From Macrostomum lignano (taxonomy: Eukaryota): a DNA stretch of 64,000 nt. Positions 1 through 12,649 of the stretch are shown piece after piece. A program made the translations under genes and the position numbers. The stretch lies in the NCBI GenBank assembly GCA_002269645.1, contig NIVC01004005.1, positions 1,106-65,105 on the forward strand. The letters are read 5' to 3'. How positions within the stretch are numbered: the stretch's first letter is position 1; the number at the start of each line of letters is the position of its first letter. The notes beneath the pieces are model-generated. The model was not told the origin of the DNA and ran no database searches. It saw nothing but the letters and a program-made list of their open reading frames with translations.

Positions 1-527
1 GATGTCTATGGCCGAATTATCAACTTGGTTGTCTATGTCTATGGGCAAGACCAAATCTACTGCTGCCAATTTCAACTTGGAATTCTCTCAACTTGGTTGT
101 CTATGTCTATGGGCAAGACCAAATCTACTGCTGCCAATTTCAACTTGGAATTCTCTCAACTTGGTTGTCTATGTCTATGGGCAAGACCAAATCTACTGCT
201 GCCAATTTCAACTTGGAATTCTCTCAACTTGGTTGTCTATGTCTATGGGCAAGACCAAATCTACTGCTGCCAATTTCAACTTGGAATTCTCTCAACTTGG
301 TTGTCTATGTCTATGGAAAGACCAAATCTACTGCTGCCAATTTCAACTTGGAATTCTCTCAACTTGGTTGTCTATGTCTATGGGCAAGACAAATCTACTG
401 GCTGCCAATTTCAACTTGGAATTCTCTCAACTTGGTTGTCCACGTCTATGGGCAAGACCAAATCTACTGCTGTCAATTTCAACTTGGAATTCTCTCAACT
501 TGGTTGTCCACGTCTATGGGCAAGTCC
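1..527. repeat. 68-bp tandem minisatellite, about 7.5 copies, truncated by the window edge; probably in the first SLC22 intron
   Basis: Unit gtctatgtctatgggcaagaccaaatctactgctgccaatttcaacttggaattctctcaacttggtt; explains the periodic ORFs at 2-553. Confidence 0.95.
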
Positions 528-767
528 TTAGACTAAGACTTGAACTAGACTAGATTTCAAATCCGACTGGATTTGGCTTGAAATTTCGACTGGAAAACAC
601 CAGCGGAAAAGCTCGCGCGGCAAATCTCGGCGAGAAAACTTCTCGTGGGGAAGTTCTCGTGCTTCGGTAAACGGGGATGAGCTGAGCATTTTTCATAGAT
701 GACTAATGAAAATCACAATAAAGCAGATACTTACAAGCCACCTAGCGCAATAAGTCCCGATCCTCAC

Positions 768-916
768 CTGTATTCGGGAGTGTACAGCAGATAGATAGGC
801 GCCAAGGTGTGAAATCCGCTGAGAATGGCAATCAGCGCCGGCACCAGGAAGATGAGCAGCTGAGCTCGGCCGAATCCGCCAATCTGCTTCAGCAGATCGT
901 CAAAGTTGAGCGTCAT
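768..916 (-). CDS. First coding exon of an SLC22-family organic cation/anion transporter; rest of gene lies left of the window
   Basis: MTLNFDDLLKQIGGFGRAQLLIF...YTPEYR matches the SLC22 N-terminal pattern (FDDLL..VG.FGR.Q...F...P.HRC); donor ag|gtgagg at 767. Confidence 0.8.
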
Positions 917-3679
917 ACCACCTGTTGATTGAGTTGGTACATCGGAAATCATATTGTATAACCGAGTCTAGCTACAGGTCAGAAAATTACAGTTCACACC
1001 GGAGACTATAAAGGTGCTACAATTAGATCTTGTATTAAGACTGATAAATAATGCATTAGAAGCCAGTCACAGAGCAGCTCATGCATATATAATATCGGTG
1101 CGAATCAGATCTGAGTCTTAGCTGCCACCAATTTCGAATATTAATCATATGAGAGTATTACCAAGTGTCTTAAATTTACCTTATTGCCAAAATAACCGCA
1201 GATAGAATCTTGAATTGCTTTATTGTCTACTCTTTAGTCGTTGCTGAATGCTGACAGAAATTAGCAAGAAGAGCAGCCAATTTCTGCTTTGCCTAAGAAT
1301 TTCCAGACATTTATTTTATGCCTTCGCAATTTTGGCCTGGGAGTAGTAAGAGTGGCGGGGGTGGGCGTTGTTTAGCCCGGGCTTGCAGTCCACTGTGCGC
1401 GCTATTGCCCGCTCTGCGTGACCTTGAGAATTTTCCACAAGCCATCATCTCTCCCCCCGCTGAGCTTCTTCCCTTGCCGCTCTCTCCACAGCGTACAGTT
1501 TGGGGCAGCTCTGGCGGCTGAAGCATGAGTGTCTCTGCAGCAGTAGCATCAGCTGTAGTGCGGTTCATTCTTAAAGCGTTGTTACACTAAGCGCGTTGGC
1601 GAGCGGCTCCAAGGATGTGGCGGTCCACTGCGACCGAGACAGCTTGTCCTCAGATGATCCTGAATAATGAGCGCTGTGTGAGATTGCAGCCGGGCCGCCT
1701 ATCCTATAAGGTGAGGAGGAACAGAACAATGATGGGAAATCATTAATAGGGTGTCGGGAAAATGCCGCATCCTGCTCAACGCAGCCTCCCGGCTCCAGTC
1801 AGTTTCAACCGTCACTCACCGACCCGCCTTGTCCTCCACCTTAATCCCTCCCTATCAACTTTCTATTCTACCTGAGCAAAACCCTCTTCATTAACCTGCC
1901 CGGAGAAGATTCAGACTTGAGCGGCGAACTGGGGGGGGATAGTGTCGACTCAGTTTCCCTCCCAATAATTATCAATCAAGAGAGTGAGAGTATCAACGAC
2001 AACAAAACTGAGACTCAAGCTTTATTGGGAAATGAGAGTCCCGCCGTGGCTCTCCAATTTCGATTTGCCTCATTCAGTCTTCTCTCCTCGCTCGCTAATC
2101 AGTTGACTGGCAATCAGCCTCCAAAGAAGACTCGAATTTCAACTTTCTATGGTTGGGCTTGCATGGGGCGGGCTCCCCTCTCCTCCTCATCGTGACGACT
2201 ATAGAGCTTCGGTCAGCTGGGATTCGAAGTTGCTAAGACTTAATGGGAAACTGCGGGGAGAAAAGAACCGCGTGCATGCGAGGGCGATTGCAAGGGATTA
2301 TGATGGGGATCGGGCCTCGGATAGGGGCATCGGTTGGTAAAGAACTTCGGGATGCAATCCCATCTCTACCTATTGCGTCTCCCCCTACTCCCCCTGCTCA
2401 ATCTCTCCCAAGCCGATGCGGTCGCCGTTCCGAGCGCCTCCTTTCTTCTTCTCATTACTGGGGAGAACATGGATGGGGCAGGGAGGCTGGGAGGAGACTC
2501 CGTCATCATTTGGGGGGAGACCTTAGGCCGGTGTGGCAGTCTTTTGTGTGCACCGGTGGCTTCTGTAATTACACGCCGGTTACTGTTCTCAGTCTCATAG
2601 CTAAGCTTTTCTTTCTCTGCTCTTCGTGCGGCCGATCCCCAGCTCCTGAGGGTTGAAAAAAGGCAGCGGAGGGCCGGCCTGGCGGCTACTTAAGGAGCAT
2701 CGCCCGAGGATGAGGCAGCGGGCAAAACGCGGCCTACGACGGAAGCTGGACCCCGAAAGACAACAGAATCAGAATCGAAGAGACTGCAGGTATGTACCTA
2801 CCATCCCTATATCTTATTATACTTAGCAATTCTCTCGTCACAACTTCCCCGGATGCAAGTTTGCCGCGTCAAGTGAGGCTGGCTTGAGTATTTCATCAGG
2901 TACTGCCAGCTGAGGCAAGCAGAGCCAACCCCGCTCTCTGAGCCTGTAGGGGAGTAGAAACTGTCGGAGTCGGGATGAATGGGATGCGAGCACGGTCTCA
3001 AGCCGTCTCCGTCAGTTTCTAACCCCATACGGTCTCTAGCAATTGCAGTACCTTATGGATGTACTCTTGCTAAGCATCTCTAAGCAACTCGCAAAAACCG
3101 GCCGGCAGTCAGCCTCTCTATCTCACTAGTAGCGTAGAAAACTAAGAGCAGAAAAAGCAGAAACTGAATGAGTCCAGCAGCCGTCCTATTGAGAAAGTAG
3201 CGGGTATAAAAAAGCAAATAGACGAACTCTGTACCATATTTTCGCATCGGGCTGGTTAGCGTGTTCGCAGGCTCCACGCACACACAACGCGCGCGAATGC
3301 AGAAACGCTTTTACAGAAAGCCACTTCTGCATTTTCTGGCTGCTTCAAGTGGCAGGGATGGGTGAAGCTGCCGGGCCCTGAGGCTGCTTGCTAGCTTAGT
3401 TCTGCTCGGACTAAAAAGCAAAACATATACAGATCAAAGTGCGCGCAGCAATGGATCTATAGAAAACTCGCTGTAGTGTTTAGAGTCTTAATACGAAATA
3501 TTTGCTGGCTGAATCATTTTTGATAACAACCTTTTATTTGGTTCGTACCACATACGAGCTACTTACACTGAAGCGTACTAACAAGTAGAGACTAGAGCAA
3601 ATTTCTCTATTCGTTGTGAAAGCTGGAAATTAAGTAAGACCAGATAAAAATTGGTACAGTCGCGACAGCATTCACACCC

Positions 3680-3800
3680 GTCTAGAACAGCATCTACCCC
3701 TGTCTTGAACAGCATCTACCCCCGTCTAGAACAGCATCCACCCCCGTCTAGAACAGCATCCGCCCCCGTCTAGAACAGAATCCGCCCTATCCCAAGCAAA
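3680..3800. repeat. 22-bp tandem repeat, about 5 copies
   Basis: Unit ctagaacagcatccacccccgt. Confidence 0.85.
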
Positions 3801-5383
3801 ACTCGTCAATTAAGGTACAAAACGCTTTAATTTAACACTGATTACAAAGTCAATGAATTTTATCGAATAGCTACTGATAACTGTATACGAGCCGTAGCTT
3901 TCCCATCGGAGTCAGCTGCTGTAGTACTTCAAATAGCTAAAGGACCCTGTGGCGATTTTAGGTTAATTACTTTACGAATAGTTAATTAGAAACCTTGCCG
4001 CAGATCAAGGTGTAGAACACTTTACTGAAACATCTAAATCGAAACGATACTACGTATATAGAGGATGACTGCATCTAGCTGACTTTATTGAACAAAATGT
4101 TACAAAGTATTTACTGATACAATGCTTGAGGAATCTGTGGTCAAAGAAGATGATTTATTAAGCTAATTGTCCCTTTACTTTCTTTCGATTTAAGCTAGGC
4201 CACAAAGGAATATTACCGGCTCGTAATTACCCTGCCTCTTCGCTGTGAGCGACATTCCACTAAGTTTTTCCAATTTTCCGTTTTTGAGTTAAATGCTTTT
4301 GTAATGACGCTTAAAAGACTATACGCATATCTATACTTTCACTGAAAGTTAATGTTGCCTTAAGTTATTTCCAGCTATAAGCGGTTTCAAATATACCGAT
4401 TTATTGGATTTTTGTCGCGTTCTGTTCGTTTGCTTTTGATGCATTTCCTACAATCTATGCAAGCATCATAATAGCACTACTGACTACTATATTTTCCAGT
4501 AGTAGAATTTGTCAGCAATCTTTCTTAGCGATTAATTTTGCGCATAGTTTGAACTTCTAACATCATCATAGTTAACGGCCCAGACTTTCGCATTGTCTGA
4601 CATGTGCATGCAAGACAGACGCGGTGAATCACTCTGAGCTCCTCTGCCTCACCCCCCCCCTCCCCATATACAACATAATTGTTGGCCGTACACCGTTAAC
4701 TCTCTGACCCTCATTTGTACAATGCCTTCCCCCGTCACCCTGCAGCCAATCAGCTTGCACGCTTCTTGTTTATCAGGCGCAAATCCACCCCACGAAAATA
4801 TCGATTGCTAAATATTGGCGCTCAAGGCAGCGCCTCTAAACAAAAATCTAAAGCAATCATGACAACAAGATTGACGCAATCAAGTTTACTTGTATATATT
4901 TTGCTAATTATAAGCTATCAGTCAGGATAACGGATGAAGGTCAAGTTTGACCATTCCAGTCAGGGCGCATCGTCTGAGATTTTGAACAATCCAGAGTTTC
5001 CAGACTCAATGGGATGCATGTAGAAGATCAGAAACCCAAATGTTTAAATATTTGCCCAGCCTCAGAGAGCAAATTAACAGAGTGGGCTTTCTAAATTTAA
5101 CCTGTACCGGCCGAGTGCTATATTCGTTTTGAAAAAGAATAGCGCTCTTGTACTTCCGAACAAAATTGGCTTGACTAAAGATTTTACTTTTATCCCCCAC
5201 TTGTCCCGGTCAAATAAGTATATGGTCAAGTGTTGAAGCATTTATTTGTCCCGGACGAAGAAACGATTTATTTGGAACTGACAACAACAACAGACCGAGC
5301 CAAGTTGTGGAAAAATACTATCTCTCCCGTTTATTCATTTGTCTATGGCCAGAACGACTTCAAACTCGTTTCTCAGGCCTCGG

Positions 5384-5783
5384 CACGTATTAAACATTCG
5401 CCGACACTTATTCAGACACTTCTACAGACACTTTAGTTTCTGTCGTACGAATCGTAGGAACAAGCATTAAATTTGTTTATTCCTAACAAACTATCAGTAA
5501 ACTGCTTTATTTTAAGCTTTTTTTGCTTTATTTTATTAAATATGAATCATGAAATTTGTTATTCTGCATAGATTCTCTTCACGTGAAGAAGAATGTTAAA
5601 TTTGTCCAGGACACTTCCTAATTCATATTTAATAAAATAAAGCAAAAAAGCTTAAAATAAAGCAGTTTACTAATAGTTTGTTAGGAATAAACAAATTTAA
5701 TGCTTGTTCCTACGATTCGTACGACAGAAACTAAAGTGTCTGTAGAAGTGTCTGAATAAGTGTCGGCGAATGTTTAATACGTG
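5384..5783. mobile_element. 400-bp foldback/MITE with about 164-bp TIRs and a 7-bp TSD
   Basis: Arms 5384-5547 and 5621-5783 are near-perfect reverse complements; CACG...CGTG ends; gcctcgg duplicated at 5377-5383 and 5784-5790. Confidence 0.9.
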
Positions 5784-6005
5784 GCCTCGGCGCATTATAT
5801 ACTTATACCTCTTTTGGCCGCGCCGAATAAGTCTATGGTCGAATGTAAAAGCCGTTTATTTGTCCCGGCCAAATAAACGATCCAAATAAATAAGGCAAAG
5901 GAATGAGCCACAAAAAGTACTCAAAGAAATACACGTACAAGCTACAGATTATAATGTTTTAGAAAAGCGAGCAGTTGTTAACCAGTTTTTTGGCTTGACA
6001 GTATA

Positions 6006-6138
6006 TTATTTCCGTTTATTTTAGTCTTTGGTCTGAAGCATAAGCTTCGGACTCGCATCCAGGCCTCGGCTTCGCCTCGGTCAAGAAACGAGTCCTCTGC
6101 TTTTGCTTCAAACCAAAGAAATAAATAAACGGAAATAA
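6006..6138. mobile_element. Small palindromic non-autonomous element
   Basis: ttatttccgtttattttagtctttggtctgaagc pairs with gcttcaaaccaaagaaataaataaacggaaataa; core aggcctcggcttcgcctcgg; related partial copy at about 5328-5383. Confidence 0.6.
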
Positions 6139-7296
6139 CTTTCATTTAGCCACACAGTATATTCTGTGCATTTAGCTGGCTTACGAGTGTAGCCACATAC
6201 TAGCTGTGTAGCACATTACGAGCTCAATGACTGAATTCCGTTGGGAATTCAATTCGATGAATAAAAAGATTTTACGTTCTTAGGGGTGCCCCTTCCTACT
6301 TACATTCTTCTGCTGCATTTTAGCGAATAGGAGTGGCAGAACTCAAACGCACCGTTTCGAACTGTAAGTTTGGTCAGGACGGCAGGTGTGGGGTGTCCAA
6401 GTGGCCGGTGAATCACAGCTGCTATAGTAACAACGCCAAGTTTGTACCATTGATATACCTCCGTGCATTTTAAACAGTGATCTGTGTCAGCAGTGAGGGT
6501 ATTTGACTAGAATCTATCAGTTTATTGCTGCCAGTACTGCCAGTGAGTAGTACGGATAAAGGCATGCGTCCTTTACTGCTGAGCTCCGCGCCGCCTTCAA
6601 AATCGACGACGAACGAGTGTACCAGTGTGGAAATATATCGATTGCCACGCCCATCCAAGCGACCTTCTGCATCGTCGGCGAATCCAGCTGCAGTCGACGA
6701 AACGCCCACAGTCGGTACAGGAGGTGCGTCGCTGACCCTGACGTTATATGAATGATGATATTTAGAGAATGGGAAGACTTCTTCCCGATCTCCATCGTGA
6801 GGTGCAAAGATTTCATGACTAGCTATGCAATACGATATTTGATCAGCAGATGTCAACAAAGCAAGCCCCTTTCAACTTGGAAGCTATCATATTTTTGCTT
6901 TCATATTCCGACCCCGCGCAATAAGCAAAAATCTACGGAGGACCATCGGCGCGTGACGCTGAATAGCGGAATTAGGGACTTAATTAAAAACTTCTATATT
7001 ATGAGCTGAAAGTTTTTTCTCATTTATCCACGCATTTGTGATTCTGTGACTTCTTTATTTAAACTTCCGTTACCGTTAGCATTCCGTGGGATTTCATTTG
7101 TGGCCAGGGAAAGGCTGCATGGAGAGATCCGTAGGCTGAGCACATTGGCTGGGCTCGGCCAATCAAGCCCGTAAGAGACTCGCGCTTTTATGCTTACATT
7201 TACGCTCGTATTTAAGAACCCGAGGAAAATGATGGCTTTCTGAAAAGCTACAGGTAGCTATCAATATTTTCAACCATTGGGAAGGCTGATAGCACA

Positions 7297-9078
7297 ATGA
7301 TATCAACAGCAATAAACCAACCGAATTGTTCCTGGCTACTTCTAGCCCATCCGGCTCAGTTCGACCCCTTAGACATTGCCTCTCTGCTGCGCCTGTTAGA
7401 GTGCCAAAACCTGACGGAGTCTGCTGCGGCAGTTCGAGGTCAGTTATTCGATATTGAGGAAGCTGAGCGGCGCGCCCTGCCCACACTTCGTGTCGTGGCC
7501 GCCGCGTACGCCGCGCTGATGCTGCTTGGCGCCTGTGGCAATGGTATAGTAGCCTACATTGTGCTGGCTAACCGGCGCCTGCGCACGCCTAGGAATTTGT
7601 ACATAGCCAACCTGGCCCTGTCCGACCTGACACTGTGCGGCCTCACTCAGCCGTTGAATTTGGTGAAGCTGTTCCAGCGCTACAACGGCTGGGCGTTCGG
7701 CCAGGCTGCCTGCAAGCTGGTAAACACACTGACTGGATTGAACGCCTTCGTGTCTACGTATGCCATTGTGGCCATTGCCTGCGATCGTCTGCTGGTATGT
7801 CAAAGTACGGGGTTTTTGCGCTTTGTGATATAATTTAGGTATAATAAAACTGCGACCTATATGCTATGGATATCCGTTTTACGTTCTAACCAATTCCAGT
7901 ACCTCCGTGGACCTCGCCGAAACAGTCGGCCCGGGACGCTCGGTCAATCGTCGACGTCAATCTCGACAGGCCGCAGCCGGCTGAGTGGCCGCGGCAAAGC
8001 CGCTAGGACTATCGTCTGCGTCTGGATTCTGGCCGCGCTTCTGGCCAGCCCGCTTGCCTGGTTTGCCGAGATCGTTGAGTTCCGTTCGCCGCTTGGGCTG
8101 CGACTGCTCTGTACGGAGCTAGCAGTCTTAGACTGGCGGATGAAGCTATGGAAGCTGGGCTACAGTGGGCTGGCATTGCTAGTCCAGTACTTGGTGCCAT
8201 TGTGCACAGTGACAGTTGCCTACGGGATTGTCTGCCACCGGCTCAACGGCCGCGTCCGTCGTCGTAGAACCTCGCCAAATCTCACCGCCTATCAGCGCCG
8301 ACGAGCTGAGCAGGAATGGCGCCGGAGCCGACGCGCGAACCTCGTTCTGGCGCTCATCATCCTGGTGTTCGCCATCGCTTGGCTGCCTCTGACGCTCAGC
8401 AACGTCAGACATGACCTGTATGGTCTATTTGCTTCACTGCACGACAGCGGAGAGGGAAACGTATCAACGTATCCTAACCTGCGTCACTACGAGGCGCAAT
8501 CAAACGACAGCGCCACGACCGAGGCGATCTCTAGATGGATACCTCTGCTGATTATCCCGCTGTCCGCCTGTCTAAATCCGCTACTCTACGGCCTGTTGAA
8601 CTGCAATATTCAGGCGGAACTACGACGCTCTCTCGGTCAGTTTTGTTTGAGATCGGCGCCGGCTGGCTGTGGCGGCTGCGGAGGAGACGCCATTGCCGGA
8701 GGCAGACGACGGCACAGACGGCAAACCGTAGTTCTCGTACCGCCCGCAGCGGCTCATGAGACTGCTCAAAACGAAGGAAATAGCCTCGTTGCTGAAGTAG
8801 ATGGAAGTGACAATAATGAATGCATCATCTGCGGATCGACAGCCGAAGACGCAGTCACTACGCTGGGCGAATTCGGCGGCCGTACAGACACTGGCGGGCA
8901 ATGGGACACGCTGCTAACTGACGTTGTGGAGCTCGTAAACAACCCGACGGTGGTCCCTCGCGTGCCAGACACGCTGGCTCCGACACCGTCTCCAACGCTA
9001 TCGTGGCCACAGCAATGGCTGCCATTGATGCCGTTCATTGACGATGATATACATGTAGAAGACGAAAGTCTTTGCTAG
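7297..9078 (+). CDS. Class A GPCR, neuropeptide Y/F receptor-like; exons 7297-7794 and 7900-9078
   Basis: TM1 GACGN, RTPRNLYIANLALSD, WAFGQAACKLV, DRL, TM6 FAIAWLPL, TM7 SACLNPLLYG; phase-0 intron 7795-7899 (ctg|gtatgt...ttccag|tac). Confidence 0.88.
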
Positions 9079-10042
9079 GTGATCTCTGATTGTTCCAGCA
9101 AGCTATTGGACCACGTGATGTTTAGGAAGGTGGTCGCACTTTTTGACAGTCTGATTCTGGATACTGTTTTCTTTTCATGTGCAAATCACTTTGCTAGCTG
9201 TGACTCGTGTCAGGGACGCTTTTGACTCGGGATTATCCGGCCACACCTTTTGTCGATTGTATAGCGTCGCACACAGTTAATCAATTCTACATTGGCTCAT
9301 TAAGGCAATATATTATATTGTTCTTTGATTTGCTTGATTCCATCAAAGGTTCATCGCAACAAAACAATTTTTATTAATGTTGTCTACTATCCTAAGCAAG
9401 TTTATCAGCTCATGGTGAATATCCTACTCCATCACTCCAAGTGAAAAATTAAACAACATGACTATACGGAGTCTGGATAGGTTTTTGTATGCAATATCGT
9501 TTAAAGTGACTCATTGTTCAATGGAAACGATTTATTTGAATGGCGTGTTTAGTAATGCTTCAGTATAATTTTTTTACAAACGTTAGGCCTACTAAGTCGC
9601 GAACTATTAGAAGGTAGCAAATTATGGGCGACAATGAATTAGGTGAAAAGTTTTTTTTACATCGGATTACAGGCAAAGTGCGAAGGAGGCAATTTCAAGA
9701 CTGAAATCTTGCTAAAGACCTTTGCATTCAGCTAAAGTTCTTCCAGCAAAATTGCATTTGTGTGAGGCGGGAATCTCTCGTAACAATACTTGAAATAATA
9801 AAATCGAAAAGGCTAAAAACTTGCAGCAAAAATTAGCAGAGGTTTGCATAATGTAAATCTGTAGAGAAATTTTCATCATCAATCACGCATGGCCGGTGGG
9901 AAAACTAGAGAAGGTCAGATAGCTCGTACCAAGGATTCTATCAAATACCACATCGGGATGGTAGGGCATTTAGCTCCAAAAACTCGACAAATTTGACATT
10001 AAAATGGAGCACTTCAATCAAGACTCGGCATTATTACCGAGT

Positions 10043-10996
10043 TCAAGTGGAAGAGTGAGCCAAGTCTTTGTTTAGAGCCTTCGAGCAGAGCTCCTGCAAG
10101 TAACCGATAGTGCAGGCGGCGCACTGCCCGCAGATATCGTCAACCGAAGCCAGCCTTGGCAGGTCGTGCTCGGCGCAGTGATTCAGCGGCACCTTCTGTA
10201 TCTTGCCCTCCACACGGGTTACCGAGCGCTTCGTTGATAGGTAGATTTCTTCGACCATGCTCTGCAGGTGGCGAATCTTCTTCTTCAAGATGAGGGACAG
10301 AGTCTCGGAAGACAGGCCGAGCTCCTCGGCGCGGGACTCGAGCAGCTCCACTGGCAGGGCGCAGCAAAAGTCGGTGGCGTATCGCTTCAGGGCGCCAAGG
10401 TCGAAACGATCGGCCAGCTCCAGTGCAGCAAATACCGTCTCGTCCTTCAGGCTGCGCAGGAGACGCTCCTCGCAGTCGCGCACCAGCGGCTCAACCTGAA
10501 GCCGGTGCACCAGCGGTAGGAGGCTTAGCGCGCCGGCGTAGTCGATTTCACAGCCTCCAGGCGTGTAGATGGCCCGCAACATCAATTCCACTGTTTCCGG
10601 GGCGTCCTCTGGTAGGCTAATTGTCTGCGACTGCTGCTCCTGACACGGATTAGTGAGCATGGCTCGAAACACGGGCGACCACAACGACAGGAGAATCCGG
10701 TGGGCGCGGAGTCGCTGCCTCTCGGGTCCGGCCAGCAGGGTGACGTCGCTGAACAGTAGGCTGTCCTGGCGAAAGTCCAGACCAGCGCCACCGGAAGACA
10801 TCGGACTAGATAGGTTGACGACGCTGCCGCTACCGCTGCCGCCAACTCCGGTGCGCTTTCTAGGTCGAGCTGCTACTGTCGATGATGAAGCAATTGGAGG
10901 ATGCTGAGGTTGCTGTTGCTGAGATTGCGATTGCTGATGCTGCTGCTGCTGCTGCCTGCCAACAGTGGAGCTATTTGGTGATGGGGACGAGGACAT
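10043..10996 (-). CDS. BTB/POZ domain protein with a BACK-like helical region; single-exon CDS, 317 aa
   Basis: SDVTLL...LRAHRILLSLWSPVFRAML...ISLPEDAPETVELMLRAIY is a canonical BTB signature; ALELADRFDLGALK is a BACK-like segment. Confidence 0.88.
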   Translation of the reverse strand: MSSSPSPNSSTVGRQQQQQHQQSQSQQQQPQHPPIASSSTVAARPRKRTGVGGSGSGSVVNLSSPMSSGGAGLDFRQDSLLFSDVTLLAGPERQRLRAHRILLSLWSPVFRAMLTNPCQEQQSQTISLPEDAPETVELMLRAIYTPGGCEIDYAGALSLLPLVHRLQVEPLVRDCEERLLRSLKDETVFAALELADRFDLGALKRYATDFCCALPVELLESRAEELGLSSETLSLILKKKIRHLQSMVEEIYLSTKRSVTRVEGKIQKVPLNHCAEHDLPRLASVDDICGQCAACTIGYLQELCSKALNKDLAHSST

Positions 10997-12649
10997 AACC
11001 TTATTGTCTATTCAACAGGCCTACTTCTTTCCCACTCTGCTTCAAGCAAATTCTCTTTTCCGCCTGCAAGCCGTCGTCTAAATGTGCTGCATTTTTTGCC
11101 GTTCGTTTTCCGCCTCTTCACGTTTGGTCAATCGTTGCGGTCGGGCCGGGCGCACGATTTCTGATGGGTCTGGCGGGAGGCTGTGGGACCCAAGCTTGTG
11201 CAAGTACTACCAGTGTGCGGCTTGGCAGACCACGGCTTCGTTGGAATATTGGAAGAAAATGTCGGAGCAAAAGGTGGGGAGGTTCCCTCATCCTGGATCT
11301 TGCAGACTATGCTGTTAGCCCCTGGGCTTCCATCCGATTTGCACCCGTCTTCCTCCTCCACTCCGAAACCGCACAGTATTTGGAAACGACTGCGTCAACA
11401 ACATCCGAGCGGATCTGCAGACTTTCTGGGCCCTCACCAACTTCTATGCAGCTGAAATTGTACGGAGCGGCAAAGCTAAGCAACAGCACAGTTTAGGTAA
11501 GCTGTGCAAAGCTAAAAGTTCAAATCAGAACGCTTTTTGTAGGCCTGCCAATTGGTGTTGCTTATGCTTGGAGCCTCACTAATAGAATTGCTGATATTGG
11601 CTGCTGGGGAATTCAGATGGAGTGTGTGTATGAAAATGAACAGATGTCTTTGGTGCAAGGGTATGGAAGCTGGGGTTGACAGATAGTCTCGCATAGAATT
11701 CAGTGTGTAAATGTTGGAAACATGGCCGGGTGCAGTCGGTGTGGCTGCAAGTTGTGGGAAGCTTAAATTGCTTTTGCATTTCGATCAAGAACCGAAGTTT
11801 CTATGAATTTAATCCCGATGCTTACTGCAATGGTTCCGCTCGCCTAGAGCCTATTGTCAGGTATCGTTTCTATTTTCTGCTTAATCCCCAGGTAGCAGCG
11901 CAGGTAGCATCGAGTTCTACTGCCACATCGAAGGCGCATTTACAGCTTAGGGTTTAAAATATAGGAGTTGCTATACCAGGCGAAATGCAGGATTATGAAG
12001 GATAAAGATGGAGCTTATCATGTGATACGATGCAAGCAGGTGTATTACGAGTAGATGCACCAGATCAGGTGCTAGGTGATTTTTAAATATATTCTCGTAA
12101 CACCCCTATTCCCTATTTATTTAGCTGCCTAGCGGCAAAAAGATATGGCATAAATCTCTGAGTTAAAGCAGTTCCTACTGTTGAGGTTATGCTCAGTTGA
12201 ACCACTATATAAAGTCATTTTATTTAGCGGGATTTAAGAAAACATAAAACATACGAGGGCTATATAACGATTTCCGAGACATTATTTCCCGAAAAATCGT
12301 TATGTCCCTGTTTTTATAAGATAAAACTTATTGCCTTTCTCAGTTTGATTTTGAAAGTCAAACGGAATTTTAACGTGTAGAACAATTTTCCACGTGTTGA
12401 GGGTTTAATTAATTGGCGAACAACTTTACCTTAGACAACAAACAAACACAAAATATCTCTGCAACTGTTTAACAGAGTACATTTAGCATGCACTTCATGT
12501 GAAGACTTCCTTCAAAGATTTATCGCCAGTAATGCCCAAATTAATTGTACTGTAATTGATGGTCACACTATAGTCCTTGAAGTTGAAATTAATCGATTGG
12601 GCTTGGCCCGTTCACTTAACGACACTCTCAAGACTTTTTCCATCCAAAA

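Noticed and set aside
2-553. Overlapping periodic ORFs (also 19219-19911, 27129-28049, 33119-33451, 37412-37738, 58317-63279)
   Set aside because: They are translations of stop-poor tandem repeats; peptide period equals repeat period and no domains are present.
735-741. Possible 7-nt SLC22 micro-exon (ctag|gtggctt|gtaagt)
   Set aside because: It needs a 26-nt intron and would put Trp where SLC22 proteins have a conserved Cys.
6470-7009. Short ORFs upstream of the GPCR and at 11082-11496
   Set aside because: No recognisable homology or splice-consistent link to neighbours; probably UTR or intergenic.
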